In this document: one piece after another, positions 1-11,717 of the stretch
How the letters are laid out: each line of letters starts with the position of its first letter
Numbering within the stretch: position 1 is the first letter of the stretch
Origin: Rhynchopus sp. YZ270_cl-10
Taxonomy: Eukaryota
Direction of reading: 5' to 3'
Length of the DNA: 64,000 nucleotides
Assembly (NCBI GenBank): GCA_964035575.1
Contig: OZ037835.1
Location: 1,116,001 to 1,180,000, forward strand
Made by a program: the position numbers and the translations under genes
The notes under the pieces: model-generated
The model's database searches: none
Told to the model about the DNA's origin: nothing
The model's input: only the letters and a program-made list of their open reading frames with translations

Positions 1-664
1 CTCTAAGGTATTATTCTGAAATAAGATTCAATGGTTTCTTAAGGAATCCTCATATCGTGATATCTCTGAAAACCCTCGAAAATGAACCCCGCCGGAGGCG
101 GATTTTTTTTATACACATGTGCGCAAAAATAAACTTTTTTCTTGCTTATTTCGCACATTTGGGAGCACGGGACCCCAACATTTTTTTCCCTGGTCACTTT
201 TTCCCAGACAGAAGTGCCCTACCTAACTTCCCCCTTAGGCGAAAAAAAAGTGCGGCAACCGGGAAAATTTGGTCGGTAAAAAAAGTGCGGCATTTCCAAA
301 ATCTCAAATCCTAAAATCGAAACTCAGATTTAGGAAATAGCCTGCTGCCGACACACTCTTTTTTTTTTTTTTTTTTTTTTTTTTTGAAAAAATCAGGGCC
401 TTCAACCATCGACAAAGCCCAGGGATTACGCTCCACGTGTGGAACGTATGGAAATCCATACGTGAATTGTTTTTGAAAAGGTGGAATCCATACGTGTCCA
501 TACGTGTCCATACGTAGGTAATTTGGGTTTTGGATTGGGGCTGGGGTGGGGTAGGTGAGGAGTGGGGCTCCGCCCCCACCTCTCACCTACCCCCTACAGA
601 ATTCTATTTGTAGGAGACAATTTTCTATTTTACCGGAAAAGGAGCATGCAGCATGGCGAAAGAA

Positions 665-1510
665 AAAAGTAGCGTACCGTGCGCCTGCGGCGCTAGATTG
701 CAATACACCCTTCCCGTGACATAATAGGCAATTTTAAGCGCAATTTTTAGAAATGTTGCGTACCGTGGCTTCGCCAGAAACTTTCGTTTTAGCAAAATAT
801 GGAAGTAAAGTTTACGGAACTGGACCATAGTTACCAACGAAAGTGCCATTTTATGTCAAGATTTTTTAAAAATGTTGCGTACCGTGGCTTCGCCAGGAAC
901 ATTTGGATGCCATGACTGATGATTTCTCCAGTTCTTCGAACTTTCACAACCCTTCTCAACCAACTTTGCCAGGGAGAGCGCGCGCGAAGCGCGCGCGGTT
1001 TTTAATTGTTTTTGCTTAGAATTGTACGTGTTGAAAATCCATACGTACTTTTTTTATTTTTGGGGGAGCTGCGTAATCCCTGACAAAGCCTGTCCACAGT
1101 TTTGTCGAAGTAAAAATAAATAAAAAAAATTGACCTCCCCGAGCCCGCGCGCGCTTCGCACGCGCGGGTGCAGCAAATCACAGGGAGAAGCTCTCAGGGG
1201 GTTTATATAGGTTTTGGTCATTTTTGAAAACTCGGTCAGCCAAAAAACTCCGCCTGTCCCACACACGTGTATTTCAACACAAGCAGCATTGGTAGCTTTG
1301 TAGCCACTGGTGATCCACAAGCCGTAGTGGGTATCACAGCTGTCTTATCAGTAAGCTCAGTACATATATAACAACAAAGGTCCCTGGCGAAGCCACGGTA
1401 CGCAACATTTCAAATATTGCGCATACCATGGCGCTATATTTACAGCCAAACTATGTTATGGGAAGGGTGGAATGCCTGCTTGCGCCGCAGGCGCACGGTA
1501 CGCTACTTTT
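665..1510. mobile_element. Inverted-repeat (MITE/foldback-like) element or nest; true ends uncertain
   Basis: 29-bp inverted repeat AAAAGTAGCGTACCGTGCGCCTGCGGCGC at 665-693 and 1482-1510. Inner motif AAATGTTGCGTACCGTGGCTTCGCCAG at ~751 and ~870, inverted at ~1384-1410. GC hairpins at 978-996 and ~1146-1167. No TSD resolved. Confidence 0.55.
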
Positions 1511-3138
1511 GCCTGGCTCACTCCTCGCTGGGTTCTACGAGCTCTGTCCAAATGGTCACAGTGGATCACAGGAGAATGTTAAAGTTAAAACCCTGAACCG
1601 AGTTTCTCCCGTGGACTACCCTGCAACTCGGTCAGAGATAAAAGGATTTTGCTAAAATCCCATATTTTTTTTTTGAGATTTGTCGAACTTCGACAAAAAA
1701 AAAAACCAAAATAAAAAAGTTGTCGAAGTTAAGGCTTAACTTCGACACGTTGAAGGCCCTGGAAAAAATTGATTGTTTCCAGCACACGCGGACTGTGTCA
1801 GTGTGTGATGGTATATGATTATTGCCTGAAGTACAGAAAATGGGAGTGTCGGTGGCGGAGCACAAAAGAGGTAAAATGAGAAACATACCGGGTGGGGTCT
1901 CTGATCTAATCTGTGCGACGAATATATTTCCCCTAACACGCCATGTTTGGCCAGGGCCTCTCCAGCGCGTCAGTTGCAAAAAAAAAATGCAATACCCCCC
2001 CTTCTTTATTCGTTGTTGTTGTTTGTTCATCGCATCCATCCACCAAAGTCAGATTTCCCCTCTGTATTTTTCTTTCTTTATTTATTTATTTTTTTCAAAC
2101 CCCAAAAGTCCCGAAAAACCCCCGAAAATCCGCGTCCTGAAGTATGGGGGAGAGCTGGAGTACAAAAGGGGAACGTCTTGCTCAGCACAACTTTCCTCTC
2201 GCACCAAGTAGTAGTCTGTGCCACGGTGAGCAAGACTGTGCCCCTCTTCTTCTCCGAACCAGAGGACGCAGCAGACATACTGCCAGAGACCCTCCACCTC
2301 GGGGAGGTGCTGCCCTCCCACCAACACACCACGTCGTCATTGTGCGTGTCTCCGTCGCTTCTGGCTTTGCTCGGGGGATTCGTCTCTGCTTCGTTTCGGA
2401 CGTGCTTCAACCACAAGCTTCCTCAGCTTCTCGTCCTTCCTCACTTCGTTGGACACAACACTGCTGCAGCCGGAAAGGTAAATGCTCGTCAACGAAGTGC
2501 AGTTCTCAGCAAAATACGCACCTCCTCCAAAAGCGTTACTAAAATACGTCACGTTGCTGAGTGGTGACAAATCCAGGGTTGTTAAGCTGCTGCAGTTCCG
2601 AAGGAAGCCCACACCAACCTGCGTCACGTTGCTGAGTGGAGATAAATCGATGGTCGTTAAACTGCTGCAGCTCACAAGGAAGCCCACACCAACCTGCGTC
2701 ACATTGCTGAGTGGAGATAAATCGAGGGTCGTTAAGCCGCTGCAGTGCCGAAGGAAGCCCGCACCAACCTGCGTCACATTGCTGAGTGAAGATAAATCGA
2801 GTGCGGTTAAGCTGTTGCATCCGTAAAGAAAGTGGCTCATAATCGACGTCATATTGCTGAGTGGAGAGAAATTGAGGGTTGTTAAGTTGCTGCAGTTCTG
2901 AAGAAAGTACGTACCAACCTGCGTCACATTGCTCAACCCAGAGAGGTCGACACTTGTCAACGAGGTGCAGCATTCCAGGAAGCCGTCTCCAATGTGAGTC
3001 ACAATGGACTCAGCACTGAGATCAAGTCTCGTCAACGAAGTGCATAACAAGAAGTGATTCGGAATGACAGTCGCAACCTCCGCCTGCAGAAGCAAACACG
3101 CCACCTCAGGATCCTCCGCACTCTCCAACCTCTCGGCG

Positions 3139-3743
3139 AATAAACGTTTTTAAAATTAGGATGGAACACCCCGTTCCGAAGAGGAATGCAGCCACCCCGA
3201 AAAAGTGGGGGGTGTGTCGCCAGTCTGCGGTGAGAAACTCCTCCCTGAGTCAAAACTGCCGCTGGTTAGCGCTGGCTAAGGTTCCCTTTTCACCCGGTCA
3301 CAATCGAGTCTCGCTCCGTCGGCGTTGACTGCACTGCAAAGCCCCTTGGTCCACCGTCGTAAAAGACACCACAAAAAGCGTAGGTAGGTGGGGGACCGGC
3401 AGGTTACAGACAGAGGCAGTACGGAGCTAAGGTGTCGGCGGTCGCGGGTTACCGTGGAGGCCTGCCCCCCGTGGAGGTCTTGGGATCTGGGAGTTTTGTG
3501 GAAGTAATCGGCTCAGAGTACCCTGCATTCCATGCACGACTCGAGCTCCTTGTGGTAGGATATTGGGGTCCCGGGAAGCACCCTTCGCCCCGAGGTCCCA
3601 CCACCCCAGACAGTTTGTAGGTCTAAAAGCACAACGTACTTGTCCAGGACCTGGCCGCTCTTGGGTTCTCTCGAAAAAAAGATACTAATCCCGTACGCCC
3701 GTGCACCGCAAAAATGTGCTATGGGGGGCGGTCCGCCGTCGGG
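3139..3743 (-). mobile_element. Short non-autonomous retroposon (RIME/SIDER-like), 605 bp, 19-bp TSD
   Basis: TSD ACTCTCCAACCTCTCGGCG at 3120-3138 and 3744-3762. Absent from the paralog at ~6150. Minus-strand 5' end CCCGACG...CGGGATTAGTATC...GAGAACCCAAGAGCGG resembles the ingi/L1Tc 5' signature. No TIRs; only a short AT-rich tail. Confidence 0.75.
3653..3743 (-). ncRNA. Putative variant HDV-like ribozyme at the retroposon 5' end
   Basis: Manual fold: P1 CCCGACG/CGUACGGG (one bulge), P2 CCGC-C/G-A-GCGG, P3 CCC/GGG, P1.1 AU/AU, P4 UCUUUU/GAGAGA, J4/2 ACCCAAG. L3 is expanded by a GCAC/GUGC hairpin. Confidence 0.5.
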
Positions 3744-5520
3744 ACTCTCCAACCTCTCGGCGGTCAGGTCTGTCTCACCCAACGCATGAAGCTCTGCAAT
3801 GGCTTGGTACTTCTGCGTCTTCGTGAGGATGATTGTGTCACCAGCACTCAGCTGCGTCATGTCCGCTCCTTCTCCCAGCGGCTCGTCTCCGAAACTCATG
3901 CAAAAGCCGTCTTCAGGCAACCCCATTGCAGACGCCACCTTCCGCCGCAAGCCCTCCACTGTGTCATCTGCACCCACCTCGACTGTGTGCTGATTCGTGT
4001 CGAAACCCTTGATGTTCAGGTCCATGTCTTTGTTGTGGTTTTGTGTTCTGATCTCTGTGTGTGGTGGGGTGTTGGTGGTGATCAGAGTGCGAAAACAATA
4101 AAATAAGTGCATAATTATCGGGATCATTGGAGCCACTGTGCAATGAGGTCTATTCGATTTGGGTTGTGTTCCGGCTGGGCTCCTCCTCCTGTTTCGCTGT
4201 GAAGGCAAATGACTCGTAAACAATAGTGCTGGCAATGCGGCTGGGCTGCTCATTCTCCTCTCTGTCTTTGGTGCTGTGCGTTGTGGGGGGTAGACAAATG
4301 GCTCAAAAGTGCTAAAATTCGCAGAACAGTTTCTTCTTCATCTTCTCTTGGGGAGGAGGCACAATGTAAAATCAAAAGGTCGTTGTTTGAATAAGGAAAT
4401 AAACAGCTACCCTCAAATCCTCACAGCCTCAAACGTGTCTCACATGCACACACATTCGTACCCAATACGGTGCTTGCATCGCCCATGAGGTTACTGCTGT
4501 TCACATAAGTTGCCCACCCTACCGAGACACCTTAAAAACGGAGCACAGAGGCCCAACAACCCTCATATCTTCAAAATATCGTGGGCTAGTCGAAGTGTGC
4601 TATCACACATGAGGTTGGAGCTTCTTGGATGCAAAGTTGACAATACGCCACAAAGCTGCACCTTTGAACCCCCAGGCATAGTGGTCGCTGTGCCTCGTTG
4701 TATTCCCGCAAAAACATCGAAAAATTTGAGTCACCAAATTTTCTTCAAAACTATTTGTATTGCATGTGTGACAATTGTTCGCACAACATAGTGTGCCCCT
4801 CCACTGCCACCTTCTGCAACTCCTGACACTTTACGTCTACAACAGAAATTGATGTGCTGCAACCACAGACAAGCTGAGGTGCCAGACAAATGCACGAAAG
4901 TACCCCACGGTCAGACTCAGCTTCCCATCCCAACATCACCACAAAACGATAGTGGAAAGCGCCACACCCAAACCCCCCACACTCACAACACTGTGCACCT
5001 CCACCTCCCACACCCAAGGACAGCCCTGCAAAGCCATATGTAATGCCTGTGAAGAGGCTTCTCCTTGAAGCCCTCCTTCACAAACAAACGCTGTCTTCGC
5101 ATGCAGGCCCACACCCCTGCCTCCAGCACAGCCTCACTCACAAGAGTTCCCTCCACACCCCAAGCACCCCAAGCACCCCAATCCACTTCGTGAAAGCTAC
5201 CAAGAAGAGAGTGAAAGACCACGTGGTGTCAACGAGTTCAGAGTGATGAATTGCAGATAAAAAGAGGGTTGGGTGGGGAGGTACGTTGTAATGAATAAGA
5301 CATGGGTTTTGTGGGGATTATTTTGCAGCACAGCGTAACATAACACAATGTATGGAACGTCTTGCTCAGCACAGCTCTCCTCTCGCACCAAGTAGTAGTC
5401 TGTGCCACGGTGAACAAGACTGTGCCCCTCTTCTTCTCCGAACCAGAGGACGCAGCAGACATACTGCCAGAGACCCTCCACCTCGGGGAGGTGCTGCCCT
5501 CCCACCAACACACCACGTCG

Positions 5521-6432
5521 TCATTGTGCGTGTCTCCGTCGCTTCTGGCTTTGCTCGGGGGATTCGTCTCTGCTTCGTTTCGGACGTGCTTCAACCACAA
5601 GCTTCCTCAGCCTACTGTTCCTCACTTCGTTGGACACAACACTGCTGCAGCCGGAAAGGTAAATGCTCGTCAACGAAGTGCAGTTCTCAGCAAAATTCGT
5701 ATCTCCAAAAAGCCTACAACCAATATTCCTCACATTGCTGAGTGGTGACAAGTCCAGGGTTGTTAAGCTGCTGCATCCGGAAAGAAAGTAACTCTCAATG
5801 TGTGTCACGTTGCTGAGTGGAGATATATCCAGGGTCGTTAAACTGATGCAGCTCTGAAGGAAGCCCGGACCAACCTGCATCACATTGCTGAGTGGTAATA
5901 AATTGAGGGTTGTTAAGCTCTCGCACTCCGCAAGGAAGCACCCATCAACCTCCGTCACATTGCTCAACCCAGAGAGGTCGACACTTGTCAACGAGATGCA
6001 GCCTTCCAGGAAGCACTCTCCAATGTGAGTCACAATGGACTCAGCACTGAGATCAAGTCTCGTCAACGAAGTGTAGGACAAGAACCCATACGGAATGACA
6101 GTCGCAACCTCCGCCTGCAGAAGCAAACACGCCACTTCAGGATCCTCCACACTCTCCAACCTCTCGGCTGTGATGTCGGTCTCACCCAACGCATGAAGCT
6201 CTGCAATGGCTTCTTGCTTCTGCGTCTTCGTCAGGATGATTGTGTCACCAGCACTCAGCTGCGTCATGTCCGCTCCTTCTCCCAGCGGTTCGTCTCCGAA
6301 ACTCATGCAAAAGCCGTCTTCAGGCAACCCCATTGCAGACGCCACCTTCCGCCGCAAGCCCTCCACTGTGTCATCTGCATCCACCTCGACTGTGTGCTGA
6401 TTCGTGTCGAAACCCTTGATGTTCAGGTCCAT
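5521..6432 (-). CDS. Ubiquitin-like domain + leucine-rich repeat protein (25-aa BspA-like LRRs) with basic C-terminal NLS-like motif, 303 aa
   Basis: Intact ORF. N-terminal ~70 aa is ubiquitin-like (TVEVDADDTVEGLRRKVA...FCMSFGDEPL...LSAGDTIIL). Repeats LTTLDLSPLSNVTxIxxxFLxxCxS. C-terminus KRSRDESPEQSQKRRRHAQ. Confidence 0.85.
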   Translation of the reverse strand: MDLNIKGFDTNQHTVEVDADDTVEGLRRKVASAMGLPEDGFCMSFGDEPLGEGADMTQLSAGDTIILTKTQKQEAIAELHALGETDITAERLESVEDPEVACLLLQAEVATVIPYGFLSYTSLTRLDLSAESIVTHIGECFLEGCISLTSVDLSGLSNVTEVDGCFLAECESLTTLNLLPLSNVMQVGPGFLQSCISLTTLDISPLSNVTHIESYFLSGCSSLTTLDLSPLSNVRNIGCRLFGDTNFAENCTSLTSIYLSGCSSVVSNEVRNSRLRKLVVEARPKRSRDESPEQSQKRRRHAQ

Positions 6433-6879
6433 GTCTTTGTTGTGGTTTTGTGTTCTGATCTCTGTGTGTGGTGGGGTGTGGAGGACAACAAGCCTGCAGT
6501 CCTTTTCAACAACCTTGCCAACAAACTGTGGGAAGACGGGAGTTCATAAGAGCAACGGGCAACAAAATCACCGCAGACATGCCTGCCCTTACCGACACTG
6601 CTGTACCGTCTCACAGGCACACTACCCACACCCACCCATCCTTGAAGACATCCTTCTTCCACGGACAGACAGCAGACCTGCACCAGCTCATCAGACTGCC
6701 CCATGCAGCATGCCACAGCTGGCATGGTGCTGGCAAAGGTGAATGCTGTAAGACACCTGTTCAGCGTCAGGGGACTGCCCTGGTGCGCAGCTCTGCAGAG
6801 GACACTACGCAAGCTGTGGACATCGTGCATGCGTTTGAACGCACTGCGCCCACAGTGAAGGTGACGTCAGAAGCATGTA

Positions 6880-7065
6880 AACCCCCCCTCCGGATATTAT
6901 TTACTAAATTTGGAGTAAATAATAAACGGGAGAGTAAATAATAAACGGGTTTAATTTATTAAAACAGTTTTTTACGTTAGAAATTAGTAAATAATAAGTG
7001 GGAGAGTAAATAATACCCGTGAAGTAAATAATAAGTGGAGGTAAATAATATCCGTGGGGGGGGTT
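6880..7065. mobile_element. 186-bp MITE with TA target duplication (Tc1/mariner-type by TSD)
   Basis: Imperfect TIR AACCCCCCC(T/C)(C/A)CGGATATTATTT. TA at 6878-6879 and 7066-7067. Internal AGTAAATAATA repeats. Confidence 0.7.
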
Positions 7066-7762
7066 TACCCTGGAGAGGAAGATGTGCTGGACCTATGCAC
7101 GCATACGGCCCTGAGGTCAATTATTGAATAATTAGTGATCCCAATAAATACCCAATAACCCTCATTGGGCTTATGGATGCACTCTGGGCACGTTAATGTC
7201 AAGTGTTTGCGGCGGGTTTGGCGAACATCTGAACAATACGAAACACCCAGAACAGATGTACATTCCACCGTGCACTGCAGTACGCGCAATACTGCTTCCA
7301 AAATGATTAAGATATTATTTTCAATCGAAAGATAATCGCAATACTGCTTCCAAAAGAAAGTTGACTTGAAACACAACAACCCGCTCGTGGCAGTGCATCT
7401 TCGTACATGACTGGCTGTGCTGGGGTGGACCCAACTATGTTACGTACCCCCACAGACGTTCCCTCCTCACGAAAGCAAACCCACCTTCCCCTGCCCCTCT
7501 CACGCATCGTTTCCTGCCCCGTTCTGCACAACAAATCCTCACAGCCTCCACGCTGTCCCCACCCACCCCAAATCGTGCTGCAACCACAGACAAGCTGAGG
7601 TGCCAGACAAATGCACGAAAGCACCCCACCGCCAGACACGGCTGCCCATCCCAACATCACCACAAACGATGAAGGGGGGCGCCACACCCAAACCCCCCAC
7701 ACTCACAACACTGTGCACCTCCACCTCCCCCAGCACACGACAGCAACACTAGAGTTCCCTCC

Positions 7763-7891
7763 ACACCCCAAGCACCCCAAGCACCCCAAGCACCCCAAGC
7801 ACCCCAAGCACCCCAAGCACCCCAAGCACCCCAAGCACCCCAAGCACCCCAAGCACCCCAAGCACCCCAAGCACCCCAAGCACCCCAAGCA
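7763..7891 (+). repeat. 9-bp tandem repeat (CACCCCAAG)n, ~14 copies, within a duplicate of the UBL-LRR 3' flank
   Basis: Region ~7575-8045 is paralogous to ~4855-5340, where the same repeat has only ~3 copies. Confidence 0.9.
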
Positions 7892-8045
7892 CCTCTTCGT
7901 GCAAGCTACCAAGAAGACAGTGAAAGACCACGTCGTGTCAACGAGTTCAGGAGTGATGATTTACAGAAAAAAAGAGGGGTTTGGTGGGGAGGTAATGAAA
8001 AAGACATGGGTTTTTGTGGGGATTCTTTTGCAGCACAGCGTAACA

Positions 8046-8735
8046 GCAGCTTCACCGGCACGTGTGTATTGTGTAAAGGGGGAAGGGTGAGGTGGCGGTA
8101 TTAATTAGGGGAGTTGGGGAATTTGGGATTTTGGTGGGCGGGAAGAACGTCCGTATGGTAAGACGCGCCGCACGCCTCTTTGGGCACATGTAGTGTTTGT
8201 GTGTGCATTTGCTTGCATGTTTAGTCATAAGGGGGTTTTTGATGGTTGTGTTGGTAGCTCGCATCGGGGGTGTCGCTACGCACCCTTCCACTTAACAGTA
8301 ATTGCTGCCGTAAAAGAAAAATAAATAATTAGTGAAAAAGAGGAGGTTACCAGAGCGCGGTACACGCTGGCGCCTCCCCTCGAGGTGTTTGGTTGCGACA
8401 GAAAAGGTTACATTTTGCATTTTAAAAGTTTCAAAAGAGGATAAGGTGTGAGCAGTTAAAGTAAAAGTGTGGGTCACTACCCTTTGAAGGGGAACAATGG
8501 GGTAACTGTAGCGCGGTAGTCGCTGGTGACCCTCAAGAGTGTGTTGTTGCTTTGACGGGCAGCGTAATCGGTGGAAAATGCAAGGTGGCCGGGTAGACCC
8601 CTAAGCAGCTTCACCGGCACGTGCGTATTGTGTAAAGGGGGAAGAGTGAGGTGGGGGTATTAAATAGGGGGGATTGGGGCACGGGAAGAGCATTCGTAGG
8701 GTAGGACGTGTGGTACACCTCCGCCCGCACATGTA
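8046..8735 (-). mobile_element. Diverged internal fragment of the LINE 3'UTR
   Basis: Collinear with ~49738-50427. Appears to resume briefly (GTTTGCTTTAA) after the family-A insertion at 13667. Confidence 0.85.
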
Positions 8736-8829
8736 TTTCCTTAACACTCTGTGTTAAGGTTTTTAAGGTTGCTTTTGTGGCGTTCCCCCTCCCCTCTAGG
8801 CACCCCCCCCCCCCCCCCCCCCCCCCCTA

Positions 8830-9653
8830 GGCATACTGTGCAGGCGAGCCGTTTTTAGGCGAGTTTTTCGTTTTCCTGATTTTCAGGAAAAACTCGCCAA
8901 AAACTCGCCCTACTCGCCCATTACTCGCCTATTACTCGCCAAAACTCGCCTAAACTCGCCAAAAACTCGCCTAAACTCGCCTAAACTCGCCCACATTTGG
9001 GTGCAAATCCTGGTGCACATACGCACCTTGGGGGGTGAAAATGTGCACCAGGATGTGAAAATGGAGGGCGGGGGTGACTGATGACAACATGCCACTCGAA
9101 AACACACAAAAAAATTGAAATTGTTTCACTTGTACGTCTAAAGGCAACCATGTCACGGCAGTGGCTGACAGGCATGTATGTAAACATTTGCTCCAGGGGA
9201 AGATCCAGGCGTGCCATAGATCCCGGGGGACAAGACGTGCTACAATCCGGAGGATGACGAAGACATGAGCCGGGGCTACACTCGCTATACAACAATGTCC
9301 TCGCCATGCCGGTAAATGGCAACCCTGCAGGCCACCCCTTGGCGGTATTCCACCACAACTACATCGCACCCATCTGTGCAAGCTTCATGGATCCGCAGAA
9401 GCTACAGCTGGACTGGTGGTACTGGTTGTGGAAGCCTACAAAGCAAACTGTAGAGGTCTTGTTCAAGTGGAACGAAAAAATTTTTCTCTTCAAAACTCAA
9501 ATTTCCCTCATATTTTCGTGTGTACACTTTTCCCAAGGTAAAATCCCTACCAAAAAAAAAAACTCGCCAAAACTCGCCCCCCAAAAATGGGCGAGTTTTA
9601 GGCGAGTTTTTGGCGAGTAGGCGAGTTTTTTTTACTCGCCCGCACAGTATGCC
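8830..9653. mobile_element. MITE-1 copy 1 (TIR GGCATACTGTGCRGGCGAG; inserted in CCTAGG)
   Basis: 19-bp TIR with one mismatch. Subterminal AAACTCGCC arrays. Flanked by TA on both sides. Three near-identical copies in the window. Confidence 0.9.
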
Positions 9654-10842
9654 TAGGTGGGGGCAAAACCCCTATTTTTTTGAGGCATTTCGATTTTTTT
9701 GGATTTACGCGCAAAGTACCCGCAAACCACCGAAAATTTCGGGTCAGAGATGGTTTTGGGGTGTGGTTTGGGGGTGTTCTATAGGTGAGACACCCCAGAG
9801 ATACAAAAAAATGGAAAAAAATAGCAAAAATAGACCATTTTGGCCGTTTGGGCCATATTGGTCAAAATGGCCATTTTTGACCAATATTTCAAAAAAAAAG
9901 CAAAATTTTGTCATCATTAGGCCTGTCTGGGCACAAATATGCCCCAAAAATGTCCCGCGAGTCCATTCCGACCTGTTTTGAACACATTTATCGCCCTTTT
10001 TGGTGTTTTTTTTGGTGTTTTGAGGTGAAAAAAGATCCCCTGACTATCCCCTGGCAGCCCTGGGCCGCGACTTGCGCCCTGCTTTTGGACCCCCTCTGGG
10101 CCAAAAAATGGGTGAAAACCCCCGAAAAAGCACTCCGGGAACCCAGATAGTTCCAAATATCCACTAGAAACCCACCCAAACACCTCAAAAACATGCCAGA
10201 AAAATATTTTCAAAAACACACTTTTTTCAAAAAGTTCATCTGGGCAGGTTCCATAATGACTTATTTGAAAAAGTGTGTTTTTGAAAATGTTTTTCTGGCA
10301 TGTTTTTGAGGTGTTTGGGTGGGTTTCTAGTGGATATTTGGAACTATCTGGGTTCCCGGAGTGCTTTTTCGGGGGTTTTCACCCATTTTTTGGCCCAGAG
10401 GGGGTCCAAAAGCAGGGCGCAAGTCGCGGCCCAGGGCTGCCAGGGGATAGTCAGGGGATCTTTTTTCACCTAAAAACGCCAAAAAACGGCCAAAAAAAGT
10501 ACCTAAAGTGTCCAAAACAGGTCGGAATGGACTCACAGGACCTCCCTGGGGTAGTTTTGTGCCCAAGCAGCTGTCATGATGTCGAAATTTTGCTGTTTTT
10601 TTGATTTTTTTGTCCAAAAATGGTCATTTTACCCAACATGGCCAAAACCGTCAAAAGGCCACTTTTTCACTATTTTTTTGCATTTTTTCATATTCTGAGG
10701 TGCCCTTATCATGGATTTTCGGGTCACAGGGTGTTTCTGACCCATTTCTGGGGGTGTATGAGGGGTGGTTTGTGGGTACTTTGCGCGGAAGTCCAAAAAA
10801 GTCAAAATGCCTCACCCGTCCTGAAGGTTTTGCCCCCACCTA
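9654..10842. mobile_element. Foldback-2 copy 1 (TAGGTGGGGGCAAAACC termini) inserted in poly-C
   Basis: Long imperfect inverted arms centred at ~10230-10265. Ends GGTTTTGCCCCCACCTA followed by a C run. Second copy at 25411-27206. Confidence 0.85.
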
Positions 10843-10864
10843 CCCCCCCCCCCCCCCCCCCCTA

Positions 10865-11717
10865 GGCATACTGTGCAGGCGAGCCGTTTTTAGGCGAGTT
10901 TTTCGTTTTCCTGATTTTCAGGAAAAACTCGCCAAAAACTCGCCCTACTCGCCCATTACTCGCCTATTACTCGCCAAAACTCGCCAAAACTCGCCAAAAC
11001 TCGCCTAAACTCGCCAAAAACTCGCCTAAACTCGCCTAAACTCGCCTAAACTCGCCCACATTTGGGTGCAAATCCTGGTGCACATACGCACCTTGGGGGT
11101 GAAAATGTGCACCAGGATGTGAAAATGGAGGGCGGGGGTGACTGATGACAACATGCCACTCGAAAACACACAAAAAAATTGAAAATGTGTCACTTGTACG
11201 TCTAACGGCAACCATGTCACGGCAGTGTCTGACAGGCATGTATGTAAACATTTGCTCCAGGGGAAGATCCAGGCGTGCCATAGATCCCGGGGGACAAGAC
11301 GTGCTACAATCCGGAGGATGACGAAGACATGAGCCGGGGCTACACTCGCTATACAACAATGTCCTCGCCATGCCGGTAAATGGCAACCCTGCAGGCCACC
11401 CCTTGGCGGTATTCCCCCACGACTACATCGCACCCATCTGTGCAAGCTTCATGGATCCGCGGAAGCTACAGCTGGACTGGTGGTACTGGTTGTGGAAGCC
11501 TACAAAGCAAACTGTAGAGGTCTTGTTCAAGTGGAACGAAAAAAATTTTCTCTTCAAAACTCAAATTTCCCTCATATTTTCGTGTGTACATTTTTCCCAA
11601 GGTAAAATCCCTACCTAAAAAAAAAACTCGCCAAAACTCGCCCCCCAAAAATAGGCGAGTTTTAGGCGAGTTTTTGGCGAGTAGGCGAGTTTTTTTTACT
11701 CGCCCGCACAGTATGCC
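10865..11717. mobile_element. MITE-1 copy 2
   Basis: Same TIRs and internal sequence as 8830-9653; CCTAGG on both sides. Confidence 0.9.

Larger units (their letters stand above)
2337..4025 (-). pseudogene. UBL-LRR gene copy 1 (~354 aa if repaired), interrupted by a 605-bp retroposon; possibly rescued by splicing
   Basis: N-terminal UBL (MDLNIKGFDTNQHTVEV, ATG at 4025) lies in ORF 3513..4253 and the LRR part in ORF 2337..3128. Near-identical to 5521..6432 but with two extra 25-aa LRRs. Removing 3139-3743 plus one TSD restores the frame. Confidence 0.8.

Noticed and set aside
6468..6941. 157-aa ORF upstream of UBL-LRR copy 2
   Set aside because: No recognisable motif and it runs into a MITE; at most an unidentified relic.
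9306..9620. ORF inside MITE-1 as a transposase
   Set aside because: Short, differs in frame or length among the three copies, and has no catalytic motif. It could be a remnant but this is unsupported.
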